This document shows, one piece after another, positions 9,465 through 19,408 of a stretch of DNA of 64,000 bases (its first letter is position 1; every line of letters starts with the position of its first letter). Made by a program: the position numbers and the translations under genes. Source of the DNA: Parachlamydiales bacterium (GTDB lineage Bacteria > Chlamydiota > Chlamydiia > Chlamydiales > JAJFMK01); the NCBI GenBank assembly GCA_963765145.1, contig CAVXVG010000028.1:1-64000 (forward strand), read 5' to 3'. The notes beneath the pieces were generated by a model. It made no database searches, was not told the DNA's origin, and was given only the letters and a program-made list of their open reading frames with translations.

Positions 9465-12317
9465 TCAAGTTAAGAAAAGGATGACTCCGGCTACGGCAAC
9501 TCTCTGCCTTGACTGAGATTCAAAGGCCAGTTTTGCGAGCAATGCCTGATAGGCCTGCCGTTTTTCGGGCTCTGGAACCCAATCTGCCTTGTTCATCTCT
9601 TCAAGGAGCGCCCCCTCCTCTTTTGTTAAGCTCTCCCTAGAACTAGCTGGAAAGGAATTTTTTAGCTGCCCTTTGACCTTACTTATGAGCTCTTCCTCTG
9701 CAGGAGAAAATTCGATGGGGATCCCCTCTTTGCGACTTTTGATCTTTCCCTGGATTTGGAGGAGTTGATTGAACTCTTCTCGTGTGATGAAACCCTCCGC
9801 TTCTGCCATGGAGAGGTAACGCTCCATCCTTTCCGATCCCTTGCGGTAGTATTGCCTTCCGTGCAATCCCTCTTCCCGCATACTTTTAGCTTCTTTTTGA
9901 GCCGATTTTTGGTATAAGGCTTGCCCGACGGGATCCTTAGCCATCCCACTTGAAAAACCGACTGTGGCAATAGCTGCTCTTAACAGAGTAGTTCTCATCC
10001 CAGCTCCCGAAACAGGATCTGTTGCAGTTTCAGCATCACCCCCTAGCACAAAATGGATCGATCCAAGAGATACGTGGTTCGTTTCCGCCCTCTGCACTTG
10101 CGATGCTGCTGCCACAGTCTCTTTGTAAGATGTATCTGCTGCTAGCCCCTCACTGATCCCAAGTGCTTTATAGGCCATCATATTAATGAGGTAGTCCTTT
10201 TTAGAAATCGATTTCAAAAAGTCATCCACGTCTTGACCGAGTTTCTCCATCTGAATTGCAAGTTTTTGCAACTCCTCTCCTGAAACCCCTTCTGCAGCAG
10301 CGGGCCACCCTTCTATTTTTTGCAGGGCTTCAAATAGCTTTTCGGGAGTACGCAGCAACTTTCCACGATTTTTTGGATCCAGCATCTCCTTGGCCTCTGC
10401 AACACCTTCTTGCGCCGGATCCATTCCTTCTAGATTTTTTAACAAGTCGTCTGCCCACAGATCGACATCCTTCTTAACTGTCTGGATTTGCTCCTCAAAA
10501 GCCTTTAGCTCCTTCTCTTCCTTTTCGCTCATTGTAAAATAGAAATATTGCAGCTCAGGAGTAGACAGGAGCAACTCTCCGCGCCCTAAACACTTAAAAA
10601 TGGTACCAAATGCATCAGCTCCCCCTCCGCCGCCCATCAAAAACTTTGTTCCCAGCCTAAACATCCTCGGAACTGTAGCGAGCACTGCCATAAAGCGGGT
10701 CATTAGCCGCTTGAATGACGTCTTAGCCTCATGGACCTCATAGAAAGAAAAGCCCATGCGAGCAACTTTTGATTCTTTGATGACATCAATCCCCAAAAGA
10801 TCACGTGTTGTGGCCCTGTACCCCTCCATGACGTAGGTAATGGCAGGCTGGCAAGTCACCTGCTGATCTCCCACCCGATAAACGATTGCAGGTTTACCAT
10901 CTTCTCCCTGCACAAGCGCCTCGACCGATGCGTTGTAGTGCACAGAAAATTGCCCCTCTTCTGCTATGTCTTTTGCTGTTTGGAGAAGTTCCTTTTGCAC
11001 ATCCTCGATTTTAACCTGCAGCACACCATCTGCCATTTCGGTCGACTTGCCAGCTTCCTTCAGGCCATCTGTCACACCAAAAAAATCGAGGAGTTTGATA
11101 TCTGCAGGCATAGTACCTTTAGAGCCTGCCATCTGCTCAAGCATGGGTTCTTGCGCCACATCAGCCTCTTTACCTAAGGCAACGATGTTTTGCCGCATTT
11201 TGTCATTTTCTCCACGCGCTTCCAGCAGTGTTACCGGATGCCCTTGCATCATCGACAGTAACGCCGTCATCAGGCCACCGGGGCCACCACCTGTAATCAG
11301 CACCTCTCCTTTGCTTTCACCCGAACGTTGGTACTGCATCATGAACTTCAGCGCCGCTATCTTCTCTGCTCGTGTCTGTGGTGCTGTGACACCACCATTT
11401 GGAAGCATTGCTTGAAACGTCTTTTGCATTTCAGTGCTAAAGTTTTTTGCCTCCTTTATAAAAATGATCTCCGTGTTATAGCTTGCTTTTGCTTCTTCCG
11501 GAAGAACGTTTAGAACTTCTTGGTCAAGATTGTCAACTGCATCCTCATCTAACTGAAGGGCAACAGAATTTAAATCCATGACAATTTCAAAGGGATTCGA
11601 CAGGATATGCTGGTAGTGCTTTGCGTACTCGGATTGGTACGCTTCTTTGTTGGTAGGATTTGCATCGGCATTTTTATTTGCTTCAACCTTGGCAAGGGAT
11701 GCGGCGACCAACATAAGCTTCATTTTATTGAGCGCAGTCTTCTCGATGGTGTTGATACATTCACCGATACAAGTTTTTAATTGAGCAACCTCTTCAGGAC
11801 TCAGCACCGTTGAAGAATCTAAAAGAGCAAGAGCCTCTTTTAGATATTTTAAGTCATCGCCGGTGACAGCGCCGTTCCTCAAATAGATTTTCTCATGGAT
11901 CGTGGACAGGCGCGCAACTAAATATTTTAGCTTAGGGTTTACGTAGGACGAAGAGCTTAATTTACCCTCCAAGGCCGTCAGATCAATAGGCTTTTTCGCC
12001 TCAGTACCCTGAAGCTTAGCGACATTGGCCCTTCCTGCTGCAACCCTCTCCTTTTGCTGCAACCGAGCAGCGAGCTTATCTATACTTTGTGCAAGCCCTC
12101 CCGTTTCTAAGCCCGAAGTCACAGTCTCTTGGAAAAGTTTATCGATCTTCTCGTAGGCGGTCCGAATCATTTGGAGCTTTTCTTCGGAGACATCCCCTTT
12201 TAGCTCCCGCTTTAGCACCTTCACTGCTTGGTGAAGCTGCTGGAGATCTGTCTTTTCTTGCGATAAAACTCCCCGCACAAATTCAGGAAGAGCGTAGCCT
12301 CTATCTATTGCAGACAT
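9465..12317 (-). CDS. Large protein with an N-terminal helical region and an FAD-dependent monooxygenase-like domain
   Basis: Rossmann motif ITGGGPGGL...LLEAR and C-terminal LGGDAETATDPVSGAG. Probable start is MSAIDRG at 12317 (the ORF track starts at 12341). Confidence 0.8.
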   Translation of the reverse strand: MSAIDRGYALPEFVRGVLSQEKTDLQQLHQAVKVLKRELKGDVSEEKLQMIRTAYEKIDKLFQETVTSGLETGGLAQSIDKLAARLQQKERVAAGRANVAKLQGTEAKKPIDLTALEGKLSSSSYVNPKLKYLVARLSTIHEKIYLRNGAVTGDDLKYLKEALALLDSSTVLSPEEVAQLKTCIGECINTIEKTALNKMKLMLVAASLAKVEANKNADANPTNKEAYQSEYAKHYQHILSNPFEIVMDLNSVALQLDEDAVDNLDQEVLNVLPEEAKASYNTEIIFIKEAKNFSTEMQKTFQAMLPNGGVTAPQTRAEKIAALKFMMQYQRSGESKGEVLITGGGPGGLMTALLSMMQGHPVTLLEARGENDKMRQNIVALGKEADVAQEPMLEQMAGSKGTMPADIKLLDFFGVTDGLKEAGKSTEMADGVLQVKIEDVQKELLQTAKDIAEEGQFSVHYNASVEALVQGEDGKPAIVYRVGDQQVTCQPAITYVMEGYRATTRDLLGIDVIKESKVARMGFSFYEVHEAKTSFKRLMTRFMAVLATVPRMFRLGTKFLMGGGGGADAFGTIFKCLGRGELLLSTPELQYFYFTMSEKEEKELKAFEEQIQTVKKDVDLWADDLLKNLEGMDPAQEGVAEAKEMLDPKNRGKLLRTPEKLFEALQKIEGWPAAAEGVSGEELQKLAIQMEKLGQDVDDFLKSISKKDYLINMMAYKALGISEGLAADTSYKETVAAASQVQRAETNHVSLGSIHFVLGGDAETATDPVSGAGMRTTLLRAAIATVGFSSGMAKDPVGQALYQKSAQKEAKSMREEGLHGRQYYRKGSERMERYLSMAEAEGFITREEFNQLLQIQGKIKSRKEGIPIEFSPAEEELISKVKGQLKNSFPASSRESLTKEEGALLEEMNKADWVPEPEKRQAYQALLAKLAFESQSRQRVAVAGVILFLT

Positions 12318-12413
12318 ACCCTGAAAATAGCATCCGGGCAACGGGCTGCTATAAATTTTTCATTAATGCAATGTTAAGGAGCGAGTTGTAAACTGGCAGA
12401 AAAGTGCGGTCAG

Positions 12414-13226
12414 TTACCGCTGTCTCATCCATCGATCGCACTTGTAGCAGAAAGTGTGAGACTCTCCCCCAAGTTCAAAGGTGAAAAGCAAGTACTCAAG
12501 ATCTTTCTCAATATTTTTGGGTACCGCGATCTAAAAGTTTGATTCATAACTCTCACTTGGAAAGACAGTTGTAGAGTCGAAGTAGAAATTACTTAGCCCA
12601 TATTCCCATTGTGCATAATTATTCTGGATAGCGCTATTGCGACAGTCTGCATTGTACTGAGCTTGCTGGAAAGCCTGCTGGCGAAGAGCTTCGCAATGAA
12701 CCGTTCCAACCGTAGTGGAATTAGCATATCCATTTGCAGACCCGCTCGCCCAACCATTTGAAGAATGGACACCGAAGTTTGAATGAACATTGCTGCTGGT
12801 ATGGGTCGCATAATCGATTCTGCCAGCGTTGCTAGCATTCATGCCTTCAATGCCACTGCATAATGCCGAACCAAAGATTTGCCAGTTCCTCGATGTCTTT
12901 TTGTCGTTTATTAGCTCTTTTTTAGAAACAACCCTTATCTTCCTACCAAATTGGTCTTCAACCTTCAAATTTGAGAAGTAAAAATCAAATTTTTTATCAG
13001 AACGGTTAGACACTATGAAATAGAAATTGGCAACATTATCAACGATAGATTCACTCACTTGATACAGCACCGCCGAGTTCAGCTTGTCTGAAACAAGTAC
13101 GCTACCCCCATTATGCAAAACCTCTTCTTGCCCCTCAAATTTGCACGGCTCAAGATATCTGCCTGCATGACAATCCATAACAAGCAGTAAGAGACCTAAC
13201 AACTTGTAGCAAATCAATTTCTTCAT
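12414..13226 (-). CDS. Secreted hypothetical protein with an apparent premature TAG at 12531-12533
   Basis: Signal-peptide-like N-terminus. The frame stays open for 38 more codons after the TAG, ending at TAA 12414-12416. Confidence 0.65.
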
Positions 13227-13405
13227 AAAAATCCAAGGTTATAAAAAATGAATGCTAATTATTAAATTAATTAACTATTACATTACAAATATAATGCAGA
13301 AAGTTTACGAAATTTGATAGAAAAAAATGAAAAATCTTAGATGAATGGATTTGAATTCTTACAGGAGCAAAAATCCTCTAGTGCTTTGAACACTTGAGGA
13401 GGCAG

Positions 13406-13444
13406 TCAAGCGTCAAACTTTCGAAGGTAGACAGGTTCCAACAT
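13406..13444 (-). pseudogene. Truncated stub of a probable YafQ/RelE-type toxin
   Basis: The ATG directly follows the antitoxin stop. It reads MLEPVYLRKFDA*, resembling YafQ-family N-termini. Confidence 0.45.
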
Positions 13445-13717
13445 CTAAATACCAAGCTTTTCGAAAAGATCATCGATATCATCACACCTAACCAGATCTT
13501 CTCTCTTCTCGACTTTTTCAATGGCCTTTAGGGTTGCAGCGTTTGGAGAGTTGGAGCTGTAGAGATTCTCTTGAATCCAGCCCACAATAATTTCCCTCAT
13601 GGTTTCACCTCGGAGAGCAGCAAGAGCCTTAAGCCTCTTATGGTCCTCTTCCGGAATATCAATTGTCATCCGAGACTGATGTTTTGCGGTCATAGCACTC
13701 CTACTCTCTAACCCCAA
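13445..13717 (-). CDS. Ribbon-helix-helix antitoxin (DinJ/RelB-like)
   Basis: RMTIDIPEEDHKRLKALAA RHH motif, plus a C-terminal PNAATLKAIE...DDIDDLFEKLG typical of DinJ-like antitoxins. Confidence 0.75.
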   Translation of the reverse strand: MGLESRSAMTAKHQSRMTIDIPEEDHKRLKALAALRGETMREIIVGWIQENLYSSNSPNAATLKAIEKVEKREDLVRCDDIDDLFEKLGI

Positions 13718-13928
13718 TTATACATAAACAAGTAAATAAAGAAATAAAGAAGACGAGCCTGTCTTTTCGCTAAGCTGGTAAACGTGAGATTCCTTCATGT
13801 AATTACATAGCAAATTAGACAGCTTTTTCGTGCCTTTTATCGAAAGATGGCCGTTTGCAGGCCGCCCGTTAAAAAAATCCAATTAAAGAGAGAAGTATTT
13901 CATTACAGCCGAAGGTTGAAATCATCTT

Positions 13929-14065
13929 GGGCGCCCTCAACGCTCGAAAACGCCTTAGTTGAAAAAACAAAAACCTCGGCTCTACTGCGTAGGCCGAGGT
14001 TTCGCCGCCAGGCGCTTGTTGCTTTATTCAACTAAGGCCTTTCGAGTGCTTGAGGGACAGCGCCC
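13929..14065. repeat. Long imperfect inverted repeat downstream of rpsD
   Basis: CCCTCAACGCTCGAAAACGCCTTAGTTGAA / TTCAACTAAGGCCTTTCGAGTGCTTGAGGG, with an inner hairpin AAACCTCGGC / GCCGAGGTTT. Confidence 0.7.
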
Positions 14066-14074
14066 ACTCTTCTA

Positions 14075-14695
14075 CTAGGTGCTGTGGGCGAGGAAGTCGC
14101 AGATTTCGGCAATGTTCAGCTCAACAGGAAGAGGGATCTCTTCAAGTGTTGGGCGTGAAACGAACTGACCGGAAAACGTGCTCGTGTCGCAAGAAAGATA
14201 AGCAGGAACAGTGCGGTGTGGGCCATCGACGGCTTCCGCAACGATCTTCATTGTTCTTGATTTTTCTTTGATAGAGACAACCATGCCAGGCTCAACTTGG
14301 AAGGAACGGATATCCACTTTCTTTCCATTAACTAGCACGTGACCGTGAGCAACCAGCTGTTGAGCTGAGAAGAGAGACGGGGCTAGTTTGAGTCTATAAA
14401 CAACAATATCCAGCCTAGATTCAAGCATTTGAGTCAAAAGCTGAGGAGTGTTACCCTTCAGTTTTTGAGCATGTTTGAAATATTTAACCAGCTGTTTTTC
14501 AGTGAGCATGCCATAGCAAGCTTTGAGCTTTTGTTTTTCATCTAACATACGTCCATAGTCTGACTTCTTACGGCGGCGAGCCCCGTGCTGCCCAGGAGGA
14601 TTGGGCTTATGGAGGAGCGGATTACGGCTACGGCCAAAGATATTTACGCCAAAACGTCGGGCGATACGATTTTTCTTTCCGGTGAAGCGGACCAT
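14075..14695 (-). CDS. rpsD: 30S ribosomal protein S4
   Basis: MVRFTGKKNRIARRFG start, PPGQHG, LESRLD and QLVAHGHVLVNG. True start is 14695. Confidence 0.97.
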   Translation of the reverse strand: MVRFTGKKNRIARRFGVNIFGRSRNPLLHKPNPPGQHGARRRKKSDYGRMLDEKQKLKACYGMLTEKQLVKYFKHAQKLKGNTPQLLTQMLESRLDIVVYRLKLAPSLFSAQQLVAHGHVLVNGKKVDIRSFQVEPGMVVSIKEKSRTMKIVAEAVDGPHRTVPAYLSCDTSTFSGQFVSRPTLEEIPLPVELNIAEICDFLAHST

Positions 14696-14780
14696 CGAAT
14701 TTCCTAAATAGAAAAAGTGTTTTACGGGGGCGATTATGACATGAATCGACTTATTTAGTAAACATGGTATAGAAAAAATT

Positions 14781-15995
14781 ATGCCTATCGAGAAAGCCCT
14801 AGTCGTTGAAGATGAGAAGCTGACACGAGAGTTTATCTCTGCAGCTCTAAAAAAACTAAAAATCGATGTCTTTACAGCCGATTCGCTCGAAAAGGCAAAG
14901 AAACTGCTGAAAAAGCACCCTTTTGACCTTCTTCTTGCAGACCTCCATCTACCTGATGGGGTTGGACTTGAACTATTATCCGAGTTTAAAGAGAGCCATC
15001 CGGAAGGGATATCGGTTGTAATGACAGGACACGGATCGACAGAAAGCGCGGTGGAAGCCATGCGTCTTGGCGCCTTCCATTACCTCCAAAAACCCTTTTC
15101 CATCGATGCATTAGAGATCATCATTGAGAAGGCCAAAGAGCGCCTAAAGCTACAGCGGGAAAAGAACTTTTACGAGCAGGAGCTTAACCAGACCCCTCCT
15201 CGACTGATTGCCCATGGGAAAAAAATGGAGCAGCTCATCCATGACATAGAGCAGGTGGCAAAAACAGACGCTACCGTCTTTATCTATGGAGAAACAGGCA
15301 CCGGTAAAGAGGTGGTTGCTAAAATGATACACTCCCACTCTCAAAGAAGCGGCCTCCCTTTCATCAAGACCAACTGCGCTGCGATTCCTGAAACCCTTTT
15401 AGAATCTGAATTTTTTGGGCATGAAAAAGGGGCATTCACAGGTGCACTGCAAAAAAGAATTGGTCGTTTTGAGATGGCCAATAAAGGGACGCTTTTATTA
15501 GATGAAGTGACCGAAATGCCCTTGGCACTACAAGCTAAACTGCTTCGAGCGATTGAAGAAAAGGAATTTGAACGGGTTGGCGGAACGGCGACAATCCACG
15601 TCGACGTTCGAATCCTTTCCACATCCAATAGAGACCCTAAAAAAGCCATCGAACAAGGAAAGTTTCGGGAAGATCTTTTTTACCGTCTCCATGTGATTCC
15701 CCTCCATTTGCCCCCTTTAAGAGAGCGGAAAGAAGAAATTTTGCCGTTGGCTTATCTCTTTCTAGAGTCCTTTTCACAAGGGAGGCTAAAGTTATCCAAA
15801 GAGGCAGAGCAATCATTGTTGGGCTATAGCTGGCCTGGAAACGTTCGTGAGCTGAAAAACATCCTGGAAAGGGCTTCTGTTTTAGCTCAAGGAGAGATTG
15901 TCTCTCCTGCACTACTCTTCCCTCACCCTGCCGTCGACCTAGACATCCTCGAAGACATGCTGGAGCTCCAAGAAAGCTCAGACAGCGTTAATTAA
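14781..15995 (+). CDS. Sigma54-dependent response regulator (NtrC/AtoC family, CtcC-like)
   Basis: Receiver domain, GETGTGKE, ESEFFGHEKGAFTGA and WPGNVREL. No obvious C-terminal HTH. Confidence 0.93.
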   Translation: MPIEKALVVEDEKLTREFISAALKKLKIDVFTADSLEKAKKLLKKHPFDLLLADLHLPDGVGLELLSEFKESHPEGISVVMTGHGSTESAVEAMRLGAFHYLQKPFSIDALEIIIEKAKERLKLQREKNFYEQELNQTPPRLIAHGKKMEQLIHDIEQVAKTDATVFIYGETGTGKEVVAKMIHSHSQRSGLPFIKTNCAAIPETLLESEFFGHEKGAFTGALQKRIGRFEMANKGTLLLDEVTEMPLALQAKLLRAIEEKEFERVGGTATIHVDVRILSTSNRDPKKAIEQGKFREDLFYRLHVIPLHLPPLRERKEEILPLAYLFLESFSQGRLKLSKEAEQSLLGYSWPGNVRELKNILERASVLAQGEIVSPALLFPHPAVDLDILEDMLELQESSDSVN

Positions 15996-16627
15996 CGCCA
16001 ATTTTTGAGGCGAAGCACATGCTCTATCTGGCCTGGCAACTCGGGGCTATTACGAGTTAGAGTCTCTTCAAAACCATGCTCTTTAAAAAGCGTGATCAAT
16101 TCCTGTTCTTTCGAATTGATAATCGTCGAAAGCTGCGGAACAGGAATAAAGTGGTCTCTGACGTAGGTTTGAATACCCTCTAAAAGCGCTTTGAAATTGT
16201 CCCTCTTTTTCGAAGCAGCTAACTCCCGTTCTTGCAATTGGATACTGCTGAACAAATCATGCGCTGACCTGTCTTCCGGGGACGCATTAAATGTGCTCAT
16301 TGCCGACCCTATGTCATCCTTAGTATAATGTGTGACAATAAAACGTTTGATGGCGATCGATTGTACGCCGTCAATTTCGTCCACAATCCGCTCTCTAAAA
16401 ACAAAGGCCCCGAGAAATGAATCCCCTTCTCGGAGGATACCGGCTTTCAATGCGGTATCTTCGCTCATCATCATTCCAATAAAGTCATGTTGGCTACCAT
16501 AAAGCGGCTCTACCCGTTTAATAAAAAGATAAGTAAGAAAAAAATGATTTGGTTTGCCAACATCTTTATGCCCTACGAAGGTAATCTTCAGCTGGTTAGG
16601 GGATTGGACTTGAGAAACAAGAGACAC
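15992..16627 (-). CDS. Hypothetical protein, possibly a degenerate GNAT fold
   Basis: 211-aa ORF. ITLFKEHGFEE resembles the GNAT C-terminal motif. Confidence 0.6.
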   Translation of the reverse strand: MSLVSQVQSPNQLKITFVGHKDVGKPNHFFLTYLFIKRVEPLYGSQHDFIGMMMSEDTALKAGILREGDSFLGAFVFRERIVDEIDGVQSIAIKRFIVTHYTKDDIGSAMSTFNASPEDRSAHDLFSSIQLQERELAASKKRDNFKALLEGIQTYVRDHFIPVPQLSTIINSKEQELITLFKEHGFEETLTRNSPELPGQIEHVLRLKNWR

Positions 16628-16672
16628 AAAAACTCCTTTAAGTTACTTATATTTTGTTGGATATGAGGAATT

Positions 16673-18229
16673 TTACGAAAGCAGATAAAGCTGAGCTTCG
16701 ACGACCATCTTCAGAAACGGGATCCTGTCCTTTCTCTCTAAAAATGTGAGGATTTGGTCAAAAATAGCCAAAACGGCTCCATAGGCCACCTCTTCCCGCA
16801 AAGCGTGATCATACAAAGCACCCGCAGGAGTCTCTTCGATTTTTTCCAATAATACTTGGCAATTCTCTAAGCTTGCTTTCAGCTTTTTTAGCGCCTTTTT
16901 TAAAGCTGCGGGATTTACTCCAAGCGGTTTTAACACCGGCTTTAATTTACGCTCTTTGGTGAAATGCTTTTTTATCACCGTTTTTAGAGGCACATTTTCT
17001 ACACCTTCAAATCCAAGCCCTCCTTCTGTCGCATTGATCAGCTGAACATCGGGATGCTCTTTTTGAAATGTTGAAAGCCATTGGCTTTCCTGCAGCCACA
17101 TGTATTTTGTGTGGATAGGTTTGCCAAAGATATCTTTTCTGATAACCGTATCGGCAGGAAGCTTTCCTTCTTCAACACCTTTAGCATAGATTTTTCCTTC
17201 CGGATACCCAAGGTCAAGACCTACAGTAACGATCGGATTGCAGCCCATTTTTTCTGCAATAGCCACCAAAAAAGCGACTACATTGTGTCCCTCTTCGATG
17301 TTTTGCCCCTCTATTTTAAGCTCTTTCTCCAGCCACTCTGCGGTGTCAAAGCCCCCGGAGCCTGGCATGTACAACTTAATGCCTTTAAGGGCCTTCAGAG
17401 CCTCCGGAAAAAGTCGCAATCTATAGAACAGAGGCCCTTTAAACTTATTGGCCCTCTTCATCCTTTCCCCTTGCAGAGGGTTCGGATCAATAGCAGCGCC
17501 AAAATGGGGCTCTACCCCTTTTTCTAAAAGGGCAGGAAGTCCGGAGCCTCCTGTCAAAATCAACCCTTTATCCCCAATTGTTTTTAACAACTCTCCATTT
17601 TTATCTAGAGAGGGGCCTGCACCCACAATGATGGCAGGAACATTTTTATACTTTTTAAAAAGGGCTTCCCCATGGAATGAGTCGACCAAAGCAGGTAAGT
17701 TTTGGTAGAAATTTTGGTAATACCGGGCTCCATACGTCAAATAATCATCTAAAAAGAGGGTAAGCCGTTCTTGGTCAAAAATGATCCGCTCATGCAGCTC
17801 TTTAAATGTCTTTTTCGAATAGTTTGGATGGGCAAGAAAAACAAGCTTCTTCCCATACAGCTTCCACATTAAAGCATTGAAGGGATGGAGAGTCTCTTCG
17901 ATCTGATGGAAAAGATGGAGCTGCACCCTTTTATGATTTAAAAGCTTGGCAGCAACTTCTGTCTCTAGAAGTTGTCTTAACGGGATCTCTTGATCTTCAA
18001 AAAAGTAGATCTCCCTTTTTCTTTTCGCATTTAGCCAAGGAAGAAGGGTGTTGTAAATCTCCCCTTTTCCGACCCCATACATAATCAAAACATCGGCATC
18101 GACATCGCAGCCGGGAAGTTCTTTAGCTTCTTTCCAGGGCTGCAGAGTCATCTGCTCTAAATAAAAAGCCTCTTGAGGATGCTTTTCTTGTAGCTTAGAA
18201 AGATTAGTGAGAAATCTGGAGCTCATCAT
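16673..18229 (-). CDS. Maf/DUF115 family (motility-associated factor / MptE-like) protein
   Basis: PAIIVGAGPSLDKN, GCNPIVTVGLDL and INATEGG motifs. Confidence 0.85.
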   Translation of the reverse strand: MMSSRFLTNLSKLQEKHPQEAFYLEQMTLQPWKEAKELPGCDVDADVLIMYGVGKGEIYNTLLPWLNAKRKREIYFFEDQEIPLRQLLETEVAAKLLNHKRVQLHLFHQIEETLHPFNALMWKLYGKKLVFLAHPNYSKKTFKELHERIIFDQERLTLFLDDYLTYGARYYQNFYQNLPALVDSFHGEALFKKYKNVPAIIVGAGPSLDKNGELLKTIGDKGLILTGGSGLPALLEKGVEPHFGAAIDPNPLQGERMKRANKFKGPLFYRLRLFPEALKALKGIKLYMPGSGGFDTAEWLEKELKIEGQNIEEGHNVVAFLVAIAEKMGCNPIVTVGLDLGYPEGKIYAKGVEEGKLPADTVIRKDIFGKPIHTKYMWLQESQWLSTFQKEHPDVQLINATEGGLGFEGVENVPLKTVIKKHFTKERKLKPVLKPLGVNPAALKKALKKLKASLENCQVLLEKIEETPAGALYDHALREEVAYGAVLAIFDQILTFLERKDRIPFLKMVVEAQLYLLS

Positions 18230-18611
18230 AACTCGGAAGCTCTGGGAGAATTTTTGGACCAAAGAGTCTGATCTCTTCGGCTCCCACCAAAGCTACATAA
18301 GGAGCTTTTACAAATGCATTGTACCCAAAAACTTGAGACTCATGTTCTCCATTGAGTTTTTCAGCCTTGCATTCGACTAAAAGCAGTGGCTTTGACCCTG
18401 TTGGATCGAAAACGACTAGATCAATCCTTCTATCAACAGGGACAGGTTCATTTTTTAAATGGGGCAGCGCTTTTAGAGGAAACTCGATAGCAATCGATCG
18501 GATCGGATACCCTTTTGCATGCAAAAGGTAAGCGATAAAAGCCTGGCGAATCCGCTCCTCAGGAGTAGCTACAAGGCTTTGTTTGCGAATCAAACAACTT
18601 ATATCCTTCAT
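18204..18611 (-). CDS. Stand-alone HsdR N-terminal-like (PD-(D/E)XK) domain protein
   Basis: TPEERIRQ, RIDLVV, LLVECKA and QVFGYN motifs. Confidence 0.85.
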   Translation of the reverse strand: MKDISCLIRKQSLVATPEERIRQAFIAYLLHAKGYPIRSIAIEFPLKALPHLKNEPVPVDRRIDLVVFDPTGSKPLLLVECKAEKLNGEHESQVFGYNAFVKAPYVALVGAEEIRLFGPKILPELPSYDELQISH

Positions 18612-19252
18612 GCTTCAGGCAACATCAAACCGTAATCGCCATCATCTCGGCGATAGATCAGGTGAAGTTTTTTATTGTGTTCGCCCTTAAACAGGAGGAA
18701 AGCATCTTGGGAAAGATCCATTTTCATCACTGCTTCTTCAATAGTCAAAGTCTTTAGGTGAAGAGTTTTTTGTTTAACAACTTTATGCAGAGCAAACAGT
18801 TTTTTTTGCTTCTCTTTTTCCTCTGCAGATAGACTCGCATTGAGAGCAGCAATCTCTTCGTCCTCTGTAAAGGGACGTATCACTTCAACAGACAAAGGCT
18901 TTTCTTCATGTTTCTTCTTATGGTGGTCATGAAGTCTGCTCAAATAGCGACGGATTTGGCTGCACAACTTATCGATAGCCTGATCAATCGAAACATACAT
19001 GTCAGTTGTTGAAGCATGGCTTTTGATTTTAATACCATGAGTTAAAAGGACGATATCGACCCTTTGCTCCAATTTTTGGGTATCCATATAGACATGGACA
19101 TCAACAATACGGTCTGTGAATTTTTCGACTTTTTGGATGATTTTGTCGATGGCATATTGTTTCATTGCCTCTGTGACATCCAGATTGCGGCCAGTTACAT
19201 GGATCGCATATTCTTCGCCTGCAAAGAGAGCAGCTTTTTCTTTTTTATTCAT
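18608..19252 (-). CDS. hpf: Ribosome hibernation promoting factor, long form
   Basis: IHVTGRNLDVTEAMKQY, DMYVSIDQAIDKL and C-terminal YRRDDGDYGL. Confidence 0.92.
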   Translation of the reverse strand: MNKKEKAALFAGEEYAIHVTGRNLDVTEAMKQYAIDKIIQKVEKFTDRIVDVHVYMDTQKLEQRVDIVLLTHGIKIKSHASTTDMYVSIDQAIDKLCSQIRRYLSRLHDHHKKKHEEKPLSVEVIRPFTEDEEIAALNASLSAEEKEKQKKLFALHKVVKQKTLHLKTLTIEEAVMKMDLSQDAFLLFKGEHNKKLHLIYRRDDGDYGLMLPEA

Positions 19253-19280
19253 ATCACACCACACAGAAGAGAGCCTAATT

Positions 19281-19353
19281 TGCACCGAAGAGGGCTCGAA
19301 CCTCTAACCACCTGGTTCGAAGCCAGGTACTCTATCCATTGAGCTATCGGTGC
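19281..19353 (-). tRNA. tRNA-Arg(TCG)
   Basis: Reverse complement reads GCACCGATAGCTCAATGGATAGAGTACCTGGCT-TCG-AACCAGGTGGTTAGAGGTTCGAGCCCTCTTCGGTGCA and forms a cloverleaf. Confidence 0.95.
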
Positions 19354-19408
19354 AGCTTGTTATATCCTTACTATAACCTTACAATACAGGTTCTTCCTAT
19401 TTCGTGAC

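Noticed and set aside
14696..15061. N-terminal extension of the 328-aa ORF containing rpsD
   Set aside because: It is antisense to the response regulator. S4 homology begins at the ATG at 14695.
18204..18611. Type I restriction-modification system
   Set aside because: Only a short HsdR-N-like domain is present, with no helicase, HsdM or HsdS.
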